Shown here: one piece after another, positions 26,511 to 39,721 of the stretch
How positions within the stretch are numbered: position 1 is the first letter of the stretch
Layout of the letters: every line of letters begins with the position of its first letter
Assembly: GCF_006345805.1 (NCBI RefSeq)
Contig: NC_042997.1
Span: 172,484,001-172,548,000, forward strand
Source: Octopus sinensis
Taxonomy: Eukaryota
Length of the DNA: 64,000 nt
Reading direction: 5' to 3'
Made by a program: the position numbers and the translations under genes
Notes under the pieces: model-generated
Seen by the model: only the letters and a program-made list of their open reading frames with translations
Databases searched by the model: none
What the model was told of the DNA's origin: nothing

Positions 26511-28073
26511 TTCAATCAACATTTCTTTAGAAAGCTGTTCATATCCATACTCATCACATTATCATACCAGTCCAGTCTTCTCTCTTGCACACTATATCTA
26601 TTGTTTGGCCTGGATGATGAAAATTAGCTAGTTGCATTCCACTTGTACCCAGGCCTGCCTGATACTTGTCCTCATTACTCATTTTACTCCACCCATAATA
26701 TGTCCCACCTGTCTCCTACATCCAAGCCCTGCTCTAACTTCTTCACTCAACCTTAGATGTTTCTTCTCCATGTCAAGCCGCTGGAATTTCTCTTCCATCC
26801 AAATCTTTCCTGCAGATATCTATTGACAGATGTTTAAACACAACATCGACTGTATCAATCTCCCAGTCACAGAAGTCCTATGTAGGTCACAGGCACTGCC
26901 TCTTCTTCCTTATTAAACTATAAAAATTTTAAAAGATTGAAATAAAATGTTACATCTCTTAAATGGTAGCAAGGTAATGTGATTGTCTTTCCCCTCTTTT
27001 TTATTCTCCACCACCACCACATTCTAATGAAACCTACTATGAAATTAACTGTTTGATTTTTATCTTTACTTTTGATGTGACGTCTGGCAGTTCAGACTGT
27101 TTGATTGCACTAATTTAAAGAATTGGCATTTAAACTATTTTAATGAATTTTTTTTTTTTCCTATGTCTTACAATTTTTAATTAAAAACCTATCTTACATT
27201 TATTTTTTAAGAGCCATGGATTAGTAGAATCATTAGAACGTCAAGAAAGATTCCTTGTGGCATTTAGTTAACGACTTTTTATATTCCGAGTTCCAACCTT
27301 GCTGAGATAACTTTGTTTTCCATCCTTTTAGGCCAGTACCATAATGAAGTAATAGGGTTGATGCAACTGATTTCCTCCTTCCCTCATAAATTTGAAGCCT
27401 TGTACAGAATCATTATTTTTAGCATAATTTTCCCCTGTTCCAAGTTTGTGGTACAAGAATACTTTACTTATACATTTTTGTTAGCCTTTTATTTGATTCC
27501 CGTCTTACACTGTTGTGATAGGAATTTCTTACAAAACAATGTGATAAGCAAAATTGGTTTTATTCACTTGATGAAAGCAAGCAAAGAGGAAAAGAAGCAA
27601 AGTAAAAATTAGTAAAATCTTGTGGTTTACTTGAAGTATTTCAAGTATGTTATTAACAGATAAAAGATTATTATTAGAAGGTTAAAAACAATACTGATTA
27701 CAGAAGACCAAATAAAATCAGTTATATCAGCTTTAAATAACCCTTATCATAAACTGATAAATCTGTAGATGTTCAACAGTTGTTAGGAATAAGTAATTGT
27801 CATCAGCAATTCTATTGAACAAGAAGAGCATTATAGATTAAAAACAAAAACGTCTTCAAGAATGGTAATTATCAAGTGCCATTTGTGTTTTGTTGTAAAT
27901 TAATTACAATTAATTGATTTATTTTGTTTTACTATTTTGATTCAACTTTTGCAATCTAGGTTAACAAGGGAATTGTGTGGATACTCTGTCTACTAGAAAT
28001 AACAACCAAATCTCTTTCATATCACACAGTAAGGAGACATTGAAGAATATGATTTTATATATGTACATACATA

Positions 28074-29192
28074 CTAGCTGAATTACCCAGTAATACCCGG
28101 AAAAGCAGGAGTTATTTCCAGTTCCTATTCCCATTACACTGTTTCATGTCTTGTCCCCAATCCTATGTCAATATATAAATTTTAGAATCAGTTAGGTGTA
28201 ATTAAGCCATTAAATATTTTATTAACCTTTATGGTAATAGTTTATTGCTAAAAATAGATATTACAAATTATTAATACGATTAGTTGGGTGAATACGGAAT
28301 GTCCCTATGTTATTTTAACAAACGAATATGCATTTGAGTAAAATAAATGAGTTGACCAGTAATACTGGGAAAGCGGGGGTTATCCCCAGTTCCTGTTTAC
28401 TATTACACTGTTCCATGTCCTATCCCATTTCCTGCTCAGTTTCTGTCTTCATGCCTAAACCAGCAAACATTGACAAATAGTCTGCATATTGTAGTTGGCA
28501 TTGTCACGTGTCATAGCTTGGGGGACCCATTATAGATTTTTATTGAAATCCAATTCACCTATAATTCAACTGGATGTTAGGAACAAATAAATAACAAAAT
28601 TGGATTTAACGTGGAAAATTATCTCAATATACCAAATTTGAAAATTTTGACTTAATTTTAAAATCTCACAATATGTGACAGCAATAGGGAAGACAGACAG
28701 TTATAGGATGTGACACACAGACACACGCAAATTTACAAACGTACACACAGGTAATCATGAGTTTAAAATAGTGTATAGTAGACATGTATGCATGTACATA
28801 TCTGTAAATGTGTATGTGTATCTGTGTGTGAGTATTTCTTTGCGATGGACATCAGAAAAGCCACCTGCCCCCTCTTCTCTTAAAGCTATGTATTCTTTAC
28901 ATCCACCTTTCTGTGTGTGTGTGTTGTATTTGCAAAAGTAAAGTCACCATCACTCTGCTACTACCTTTCCCTCTGACTAATACTTTTTGCAACCTTCTCA
29001 TTTTATCATATAATTCGCCCAACACCCCTGGGGAGCATATTATCGATTTTTATTGAAATCCGATTAGCCTATTGTTGAACTGGATGTTAATGTAACATGT
29101 ATGCAAAGTTTCGAGAATATTGGTTTGCTGGTTTAGGCACCAAGATGGTCACAGATAGACAGAAAGACAGAAATTGCCTTTTATATATTAGA
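28074..29192 (-). mobile_element. Composite non-autonomous Helitron
   Basis: Minus strand begins A|TCTAATATATAAA plus (CTGT)n and ends CTAG|T; subterminal hairpin is decayed at 28085-28099 and intact as CCAGTA-A-TACTGG at 28356-28368. Confidence 0.75.
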
Positions 29193-29427
29193 TATGTCTG
29201 GAAAAAGTGATGGTATGTTCAAGGAAGCACTTTTGATGATAGGTCCACCCTGTTCAAGTAAACATATAGGACTAAATGACTACAACTTTAACACTTGTAT
29301 TATAGCTCTGTTGCACCTCTTCATTTTTTTGTCCCCCTTCGGTTTTATCCATTCATCCATCAATCAGTCATATAATCCTTATCACTCCTCCTAAATCTAT
29401 CGATAAAGCAAAGTACCAATCTAGTAC

Positions 29428-29828
29428 TCTCTTTACTCTTTTACTTGTTTCAATCATTTGACTGCGGCCATGCTGGAGCACCGCCTTTAGTCGAGCAATT
29501 CGACACCGGGACTTATTCTTTGGAAGCCTAGTACTTATTCTATCGGTCTCCTTTGCCGAACTGCTAAGTGACGGGGACATAAACACACCAGCATTGGTTG
29601 TCAAGCGATGTTGGGGAAACAAACACAGACACACAAACATACACACACACACACACACATATATACGATGGGCTTCTTTGAGTTTCCGTCTACCAAATCC
29701 ACTCACAAGGCATTGGTCAGCCCAAGGCTATAGTAGAAGACACTTGCCCAAGGTGCCATGCAGCAAGACTGAACCCGGAACCATATGGTTGGTAAGCAAG
29801 CTACTTACCACACAGCCACTCCTGCACC
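29428..29828 (-). mobile_element. SINE family A
   Basis: Full head and (CTCTTTTA)n tail as read on the + strand. Confidence 0.9.
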
Positions 29829-30075
29829 TAGTAGTACTGGAGTTAGTATAATCCCCTCCCCTCAAATTTGCTGGCCTTTTGCCTAAATTAGAAACAATTG
29901 TTTTGCCACTAGTAATAATTATATATTTTATGCATAAATGTATCTATTGATTCTCTTCCGTCTATCAATTTCTTGATTGAGTTTTATCGTCTTTCCTTTG
30001 TTCCTTTTCCTCCAATTTCATGTATTGATTTGTTGATTGGTTTTAAAACTATCAACCTGTCTTTATCATTTTCAG

Positions 30076-30193
30076 ATAATTCAAATACCATCTCATCAAA
30101 CTCAGACGACCTTGCTGGCTTTCTGGATGTTTTCCTATTTAATGACTTAGCATCTACACAATTGAGACTGTCTCAAAGAGTTTTGTTGTTTAG
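30076..30193 (+). CDS. Candidate coding exon, (D)NSNTISSNSDDLAGFLDVFLFNDLASTQLRLSQRVLLF(R/S)
   Basis: Long pyrimidine-rich upstream region ending atcattttcag|; consensus donor TAG|GTAAGT; 118 nt, one open frame, phase 1 in and phase 2 out. Confidence 0.5.
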
Positions 30194-30409
30194 GTAAGTA
30201 GCGTTTCTTAATACAGAGTTGTGTTTGACCTATACATTATGAATGGAATTTTTTCATGATGGAAACTGTGTACCTGTTCATTCATACCTACCTTTTGCAT
30301 AAAGCCGAGTCAAGTGGCTCAAATAGAGTAAGAAATAAGATAGAAAGAATATGATGATGTAGCAAAGAAATGTTTTTAACCCTTTCGTTACCAACCCGGC
30401 TGACTTAGT

Positions 30410-31465
30410 CTTCTTGCTTTTCAGTGCACCTCTTCTGTTGGTCTTCAAGCTTGCTTGTTCCATCAGTCCAGCAACTCAAAACCCAATTTTTTAATGGTTT
30501 CAACAGTATGGGTGGTTGTATGGGTGTGCATTGTTGTACAACAATAAAACTTGATTTGGTAATAGACCTCAGCATATGGTGTAAATTACTACTTTCAGTT
30601 TGTTGGTTAGCATTTCACTGTAGCTTACACTGGTGACTGTAGACCTCCTTATCCAGGTAATGTTCCAGTGTAGGCCCTTTGGCATCCAAAAAAAATGTAG
30701 CTTCATTTTTGCTGTGGAAGATTGAGTTTTGAATTTCTTTTTCGCTGGTAATTCTGGGTGTTTCTACAACATACTTTACCTTTTGGATTCTGGCTCCAAG
30801 TAATGAACCCAAGTTTCATCACCCATGACTATTCTATCCACAACATCTGTGCCTTCCCCATTGTAATGGTCAAGTAAGTTTTGACAGATCTCCCTTGATT
30901 GTGCTTATGCACTTCTGTAAGCTCACTTGGCATCTATCTCACACAGATTTTACAGAAGCGATGCAGAACCATGACTAATTTGCAAGGAACATGCCACCTC
31001 ATCAGTGGTCACTTGTCAGTTCGCCAGAACCATCTCTTGAGCTTGTTGAATCTTCACACCAGTGGTGGATGTTGATTGGCATCCTACTCACTCTCCAGGC
31101 TTCACATTTTTGGGGCCATTTTTAAACTTCTTGACCCACTCATCCATACTTCTACGTGGTAGAGCACTGTCCCTGTATTTTACTGAAAGGCTGCAATGAC
31201 AGCTTTCTGAAGTCCCTGACACTCCTTCACACCAAAGTAATCAGATCACTGGTTTTTGTTCTTCCTTGATGCACACTACCAGCAGAGTGGTCATGTTTAC
31301 TCTGTAACACAAGAAAGAAAACTGGAGTGGTTAAAGTCAAACTTTGCTTATGTAACCACAGGAGTACCATCTTTTAGCAAGTGCTGAAAGGAAGTGCAGT
31401 TAACCTAAAGAAAGTTTTGGTGGCAGTGTGGATAATGCTTAACTTCTAGAAATTTTGGTAGCCTG
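30410..31465 (-). pseudogene. Decayed, internally deleted mariner (DD34D) transposon
   Basis: From ATG 31294: VCIKEEQKPVI*LLWCEGVSG...LPRRSMDEWVKKFKNG...QISHGSA, then IVMGDETWVH and LLLYNNAHP; TA at the 5' end; multiple stops. Confidence 0.85.
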
Positions 31466-33069
31466 TATGTGAATGAGAGAGAGTATATGTGTGTGTATAT
31501 TAAGGTTGAGCAAGAGATAGGGTATGACAAAACATACACTCAGATCAAGCATATTTGTAAATATCATAATGTAATTGTAGCAATTATTATATAAATATTT
31601 TTATTTAAGTGCTGTGTGTATATTATATATGGTGTGTGCGTGTGAAGAAAATCGCTACCCACTACCTATTACCTATCCAGGGTTACAGAAAGGAGACAAC
31701 CTTCAAAGAAATCCAGAGTGGAGCCCCGTAGGCAGTTTAGTGTTTGACTCTCTTCCGGCAGGTCCTGCAACCAAGTTGGGTGCCAAACGTAATGCTCTGC
31801 ACTCCTTTGGACTACGTCGGCAAGGTCGAGAGAGGAATCCTGACGATTGAGCTACCCAGGATTTTCTTACATCTAGCCCAGGCCTGTGCGAAACTGGAGA
31901 GGACATGAAATGTAAAAACCAGACTGGATTAGTTCATGCGCAACTCCATTGTCTCCCGAGACAAAAGGATGCCAACAACATGTGTGTGCGTGTGTGTCTT
32001 TTACTGGTTATTGGATTCCAACCATGCTGGGGCACTGTTTTCAATGGTTTAGTCAAGCTTATCAATCTCAGTAGTTATTTTCAAGTTTCAAGTCAACCTA
32101 GGCCTTGTGAATGAAATTAGGTAGACAGCAACAGTATGAAAGTCCATTGATTGTACTACCAGCCTGAAATTATATATGCTTCATGTATTTGTACCATTAC
32201 AGCCTTTTCTGTTGCACTTTGCATCAAATTCTTTTTATATTTAGGTTTTCCCTGAGCCCATTTGTGTTCCCATTATTCATGTACAGTAACATTACACATC
32301 CAGTAGAATATTCTTACTGCTTCACTCCTTTGCATTCAAGTCCCTTTTCCTATTGTTATGCATCATTGTTGTTTATGCACAAACATCAAACAATCTGCTT
32401 TTCACTTTGAAGGAGTGGGGTCCTATGTTAGCAGCAGCTGTAATAACTCCTTGAACTTTTCCATTCCATTCTTACTCTTGCGACTGTATTTACAGAACAC
32501 CCTTTGTCACTACTAATTAGGTTACCTAGGAAACAATAATCTATCTAGTACTTCTAGGGAGACATCTGAACATGTGAGAGAGTCTTTTTCGTATTATGTA
32601 CTTTTAATGCTTACTGTGCTTGTGTGTCTGTCACATAAAATTGAGTGTGTGTATGTGTGTTTTTTATTGATCTGTCTTGTCTGGTCTCTTGAAGCTATAT
32701 GTCAACACTATACATTTGTCTGGGTATGTGATCATCATCATCATGTTTCTTAAAATATTGCAAATCTATGAATGGTCATAAGTCCAATGAAGGCTAGCAA
32801 GCTAAAACATCAAAGTCAATCACCAGTCTCCTTGCAAAAAAAAAAAAGGTATCATATATAATCCAAATAAGAAAACAAAAAAAAAGGGTTTAGCACATCT
32901 GGTTTCTATACCACTCTGTTTTTAAATTCCAATGTATGCAGAAGTTCCATGTGAAAAGTTATGTAATAATTGTGGCTTTAAACATTAGAGTGGCACTTCA
33001 GATTTGCAACAAAAGGTGCATTGTAATATATATGAAATGTGTGTATATGAGTGTGCATATATGTCTTTT

Positions 33070-33294
33070 AGTCTTTTATTTGTTTCAGTCATTTGAGTGT
33101 GGCCATGCTGGAGCACCACCTTTAGTCTAACAAATCAACGCCAGGACTTATTCTTTGTAAGCCTAGTACTTATTCTATCAGCCTCTTTTGCCAAACTGCT
33201 AAGTCACGGGGATGTAAACACAGCAACATCAGTTGTCAAGCAATGGTGGGAGGACAAACACAGACACACGGACATATACACATATAAATATATT

Positions 33295-33347
<53 letters not shown>

Positions 33348-33520
33348 ACACACACACAACAGGCTTTTTTCAGTTTCCGTCTACCAGATCCACTCACAAG
33401 GCTTTAGTCAGCCCGAGGCTATAGTAGAAGACACTTGCCCAAGGTGTCACGCGGTGGGACTGAACCCAGAACCTTAAGGTTGGTAAGCAAGGTACTTACT
33501 ACACAGTCACTGTGCCTATA
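33070..33520 (-). mobile_element. SINE family A
   Basis: Head, internal (TA)n and 3' body all present. Confidence 0.85.
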
Positions 33521-33586
33521 TATATATATATATAATGATAACCATCATCCTTTAATGTCTGTTTTCCATGCTGGCATGGGTTAGAC

Positions 33587-33891
33587 TAGGGTTCGGGGGA
33601 CTTTTTGAACTAATTACCTCAAAATATATTTATTTACACTGATGTTACTCCCTTGATTTGAAAGGAAGAAAATCATAGATTCTTTGAAATCAAAAGGTTT
33701 ATTAAATCTATTTTATTGACTCTATTTATATGACGTTGGACAGATGTAGTCATGTCAAAAGAAAAATTTCTGTCGCAACAAGGAAAACGTTTTCTACATA
33801 ATTTTACTTATGTCTAATTAGTCCCCATTACCCAACAAGAATTTCATTTTCACTCCACTTGGGGTAAATTACCCTGGTTCGCCGATCCTTG
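33587..33891. mobile_element. hAT-type MITE inserted in an RTE 3' end
   Basis: 8-bp TSD GGTTAGAC/GGTTAGAT; imperfect TIR TAGGGTTCGGGGGA / TTCGCCGATCCTTG; host RTE sequence resumes afterwards. Confidence 0.7.
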
Positions 33892-36428
33892 GGTTAGATA
33901 GTTTGATTGAAACTAGTAAGCTGGAGAGCTACACCAGGTTCCAGTCTGATTTAGCGTAGTTTCTCCAGAGTCTAATGGGTGCTTTTTACGTGCCACCAGC
34001 ATGGGTGCCAATTTATGTGACACCAGCATTGGCCACAACTATGATTTCTCTTGGCTTGACAAGCCTTCTTAAGCACAGCATAGCGCCAAAGCTTTCAGTC
34101 ATTTGTCATCATCTCCACAAGGCCCAACATTCAAAGCATATATATATTTATATATATATATATACATAAATAGAGAGGCAGAAATAAATCTCTTGCTATA
34201 GAGGAAGTACCTGGTTATTCAGCATGTGTGAGAGAGAGGTACAAGAAAGAAGCCAACACCATTTGAATGTGGCCGTTGCCAGTACTGCCTGACTGGCCCT
34301 TGTGCCGGTGGCACGTAAAAGCACCCACTACACTCTCGGAGTAGTTGGCGTTAGGAAGGGCATCCAGCTGTAGAAACTCTACCAGATCAAGATTGGAGCC
34401 TGGTGCAGCCATCCGGTTCGCCAATCCTCAGTCAAACCGTCCAACCCATGCTAGCATGGAAAGCGGACGTTAAACGATGATGATGATATATATATAAGAG
34501 TACTTGATGTCATAGCAGAAATTAATAATATTTTCAGTTTGGTTGCATCAGTTTCTTGCTACTCTGAGTTTTGTCTATGAGTGTGTGTGTCTATATATAA
34601 TACAGATTCTATAAGCAAATAATATTTAACACTTACATCACCAGTGAATATATTCATAAGCCACATGAAAGGGAGAACAAATCAAAAGCTGTATGGTACT
34701 TTGTTTCGAAATCATAAAACGAATACTGTAGATATAAACATTTCTACCACTTAGTATTATGTTGTGTGATCTGGCTAAATTAAACTACGGACAATATTTT
34801 TCTGCTGTTACTAATATGCAGACAGAACAAACTCCTGCACTGGCTCTAAGCTCAAAGTACTACACTATATCGATCATGTAATTTGTTGATCTTAGACAAT
34901 GTACATTACTTTTCTTGCCTCAGTCTAGTTATTAAAAAGAGGAAGGTATTTCTATATTATGGTTGAGCATTTAATTTTAGATAAGAGCATACAACTGTGA
35001 AAATGTTTGCTCCACCAATTCGTGTGCTAATTTACCAAAATAGGAAAGGTTAGCAAATCAAACAAAAAGAAAAAATACCTTGTGCCAGTAGGGTAAAAAA
35101 AAAAAAAGGTTAAAATGTTTAGAGTTCTCTCCATGCTGGGGTACTTCTTATAGATGTATTTGCTTTGTGTATTTGTCGGTTAGTGTTTCGTCTGTTCATG
35201 CTTAAAGTTGTTTAGTTGCAGGTTGGCTTTGATCAAGCAAATTTATGATCAGAGGTATTCTAGCCATGACTATCTCCTGTTGCTTTTGAATCTTAAAGCA
35301 GTTAATTTACAGTCTCTTACTGTCCACATTTCCATGCTTGCATAGGTCAGATGGAGTTTGTTGCTGCAGATTTTTCAACAGCTAGACAATCTTCCTGCTT
35401 CCAAGCAAGGTAATATTTCTCTGTAGCCAGACGTATTTTACATGGAAGACTGGGAGTGAACAGCATTGCTTGTATGACAGCAATGTTCATTTACAACCAT
35501 CGTGTGATGCCAAGACAAGGGTACATACATACATATGATGATGATCATCATCATCATTTAGTGTTCTCCTTCTATGCTAGCATGGATTGGATGGTTTGAC
35601 AGGAGCTAATGAGTCAGAAGACTGCATCAAGCTCTACTCTCTGCTATGGCATGGTTTCTGCAGCTGGATGCCCTTCCTAATGCCAACCACTTTATAGGCA
35701 TACATGTCAGACACCCACACAGTTTCTGTCTACCAAAATTCACTCATGAGGAAGACATTTGCCCAAGGTGCTACACAGTAGAATTAAACCCAAAACCGCA
35801 TGGTTGCAAAGCAAGCTTCATCCTGGAAGTAAAGAGCAAAGATACATCATCTTTGATAAACACAGGCAAAGAGAATAAATCTAAATTCTTCTGTGAAGAT
35901 AAACATGTGGTACATAGAACATCTGTATACTTCACTTATGATGTGATCAGAATGAATGATAGAATTATTCTGTTAAATTGTTCTTAGTTGTTGTTGTTAA
36001 ATCTCAGGCCACCTCTGAAATGGCAATTGTTTAATCATAAATATTTCAGCTGTAGCCATACAATCATTTTTTTTTCTTTTTGAGACAGCAGACATGTATT
36101 ACTTTCTTTTTAAAGACAGCTGTATATCAATATGAAAGAGATGTGGCTGCTACTTCTAACAAGTCAAATGACCATGTACAAAATTTCTTCAGTTTAATGA
36201 GGAGATTATTGTTATAATCCCTACACTTGCAAAATTCATGATAAGCATTATCAAATAAACAGAATTAGCACCCCTCTCACCTCCCTTTTTTAAAATTCTG
36301 ACCCTTAGTCAGCCTTAATCACACAAACATATGATCATCATTTACCCATAGTTTTACTATCCAGAGCCCTCTTTTTTCAAGATAGTAGGATTTGAGGATG
36401 ATTTAACTGCTCTTTCAGCCATGTAGAA

Positions 36429-36805
36429 CAGTAATTCTCAACCACATTTTTACCCATGAACCCCTTTGATTATTATTTTATTCTGATGGACTGCCATAGC
36501 CATTCAGTGTTTAAATGCTAGCTTTATAGATGCATCTTCTCAAATTCTTATTTGGTTTTTCACCCGTTCGCTTGTATAAGTTTGTCATAGTTCTCTCTCT
36601 GAGAGAACATATTTCAGTTGCCAGAAACATGTTATGCTATGTAAAACATTAGAGAAAGAAACCTAGCTGTTTCTTGCAAGAAATACATTTCAAGTAAAAG
36701 TTTTTTTTCATGGACCCATAAAACACTACTGTGGATGCTTAATTTTCTATTTTGCTTGCATAGATCCCCAAAAATCTTATATGGAGCCTCAGAGTTGATG
36801 TAGTG
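36429..36805. mobile_element. Decayed hAT (Charlie/MER5-like) MITE
   Basis: Starts CAGTAATTCTCAACC, like CAGTGGTTCTCAAC; the right end is decayed. Confidence 0.5.
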
Positions 36806-37869
36806 ACTTCCTTGTAGGCTCAGAGAATATTGCAGTCCTTGGTTGGCCCACTTGCCCGTTTGGTTATTAGGTCATCATTGATATCTTTGTATTTAAACAG
36901 TGTCTATAGGGCAAGAATTAGTCTTACAAAATCATCCCTCCTTAAGTATGGGCTAAGAAATCACTTGTTAATTTTACAGTGCATCTACTAATCCATCTGT
37001 TGAGTTGCATTTTATCTCCTGGTGGTAACTATGTACAACTAAGCAAGTGTAGGATGTGAGTAATTTTGAAATGATTTTAGCAACAGATGGTGGTTCAAAT
37101 TCCTTTGGTTATTGACTTTTTCTGTAGTTCTCAGTACTCTGGTAATGTAGAATTTCAGTGATTTGAGGAAGATCTGATTGTTGTTTTTGTAGCTTGAGCA
37201 ACTACATAGCTCTGATCTTTTCAGGTTTTAGTGGACAGTCAAACAAGCACAAGCTAAATTTTGTGCTCTCCAGGTTACCTCTGTTTGAGCAGATATATGA
37301 CCAAAGGCTTTCCAAATGTTACCTTCCTACTTCCCCCTTCCTCCTTTTTTCTATCAGCTGTAGTGAAGACCGAGTTTCATCCTTTTTTTTTTTTTTTGGA
37401 ACAGTAGGAGGGATTAGGGTGGAGGTATATATTTCATTGCTATTTCTAGCAGGTCAAGAGACCATGTAGTAACTCCCTCACTGACTTGCTTTTATGTTCT
37501 AGTAGTGATTCTCATGGGATGGGATGGTGACTGTGGAGTTTGGAAAGCAGGCAGACAAATTGCCCTGTTTAACCCTTTAGCATACAAACTGGCCAGATCC
37601 AGCCTCTCACACCTACCCTACACTGTCATTCTAAAAATGAACAATCCCATCATCGAAGTTTCAAAGTTGTTAGATAATACATGATTAATTCAAAACAATG
37701 TGAAAAAATGAGCATTACATTTAACTTCTGAATGCTAAAAGATTAATAAAATTAAGATTTTTTTAAAAACTTGTCCTACATTATGGTTGAGAAAGAATTA
37801 TTATAAATATAAACTTAATTTTATCGTCTCATTTATAAAGAAGGAGGGAAAAGGCAAGAAGTTTCACAG

Positions 37870-38465
37870 ATAAGAAGCTAGCTTCCCAACCACATGGTTC
37901 CAGGTTTAGTCCCGTTGTGTGGCATTTTGGGCAAGTGTCTTCTACTATAACCTCGGACCAACCAAAGCGTTGTGAGTGAATTTGGTAGATGGAAACTGAA
38001 AGATGCCTGTCATATATAAAAATATATAGGGGGAGAGTTCACGAAAAGAACAAGACGAAGACAGGTGGTGTAGAAAACAAACATGTTTTAGTATAACGCT
38101 CAGGAATTGAAAAAGTTTTTTAAATTTTGAGCCTATGCTCTTCTACAGAAAGGGACACAGAAAAAAACAAATAGAGAAACAGAGAGAGAAAAAAAAATGT
38201 GTGTAGTGGCTACCGATCTATCATGGCAACACACACACACACACACACACTCAGATGCATGTGTCTGTTTGTCCCCCTACCATTGCTTGACAACTTATGC
38301 TGGTGTGTTTATGTCCCTGTTAACTTAGCGGTTCAGCAAAGGAGTCTGATAGAATAAGTACTAGGCTTACAGAGAGTAATTCCTAGGGTCAATTTCTTCA
38401 ACTATAACCCTTTATGGTGGTGCTCCAGCATGGCCGCTGTCAGATGGCTGAAACAAGTAAAAGAA
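37870..38465 (+). mobile_element. SINE family A carrying a ~200-bp Penelope-like insert (38027-38227)
   Basis: Head 37870-38010 and 3' body 38255-38465 flank an unrelated segment. Confidence 0.8.
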
Positions 38466-39196
38466 TAATTTTTGTGGCACTGGCATTTATCAGTTTGAGA
38501 ACCACTAATACAGTAGATATAGAAATTAAAGACAGGAGATCAAAGCAAAGACAATGATAGTGAAATAATTGTATTCATTTGAATTCTGGGAGGATTACAG
38601 TGTAAACCTATCCTTAATTAGTGGTATGGGTTTTTTGTTCTTTTTAAAATTTTAGTTAATCTCCTCAAGCTCCCTACGAACCAATAAGGTGATAACAACC
38701 ACCACCACACCACACCCATCACTACCACTTTCTGAACTGGGAGATAGAGAATAATTGAATGAAATTAATATTTATTTTGAATTCTTATAGGAAAAACAAG
38801 AGTAGAATGGAACTCCATAGAGACTTAGTTGTTGTGAAGAATGATGTCGGCAAAGTATTGAATATGATGTCTGGGAAGCTTTTGTGGTGGTGCTTTAAGC
38901 TTCAGCTCTCATTTGGCTTTGGCAAGAGATTAACTGTGATAATAGCTTTAATAATCTTTAGTTGTGATTGTTTACATTTGTCAAAAGCTCTTGTTATCTG
39001 TTCCTCTTGAGAATTACAATTAAAATGTCGTTAGTGTTTTGGTGACATAATGACTAAAAGACAGTAAACAGTTTCCATTCTGGCTTTCAGATATGATTTC
39101 GATTCAAGAATTCTTTTTAAGCCTATTCAACCAATTGGATACAACATTGAATAATCATAGAAATTGTATTTGTGCATGTTTTTTAAAACTATTGTG

Positions 39197-39265
<69 letters not shown>

Positions 39266-39689
39266 AGACGTGTGCTGTTTCCTTCATTATTTCGATGTTT
39301 TATATATGTATCGGCTCTGGAATATATGCATTCATATAATTATAGCACTTATGTGTGGGTTTATATGTATGTGTATATATTTTCTTATTCTTTTACTGGT
39401 TTCATTAATGGACTGTGGCCATGCTGAGGCACCACCTTCAAGAGTTTTTGGGGTGGCGTGGACATATGGTAACAAAGTATGTGTATCAAGTGTACTTTCT
39501 CATTCCATCTCTCTCTCATATAAAATCTACATACATGCATACATATCTATATAAGTGCCTGTAGAACATAAATAGTGGAACATTTATTGTCATCAAACAA
39601 CTGACAATGTTGTAAAGCTTACAAAATGTCCTTATCTGTCAGTTTATAAGTTACATAGTGTATGATGTGTGTTGTTATTATTATTATTA

Positions 39690-39721
<32 letters not shown>

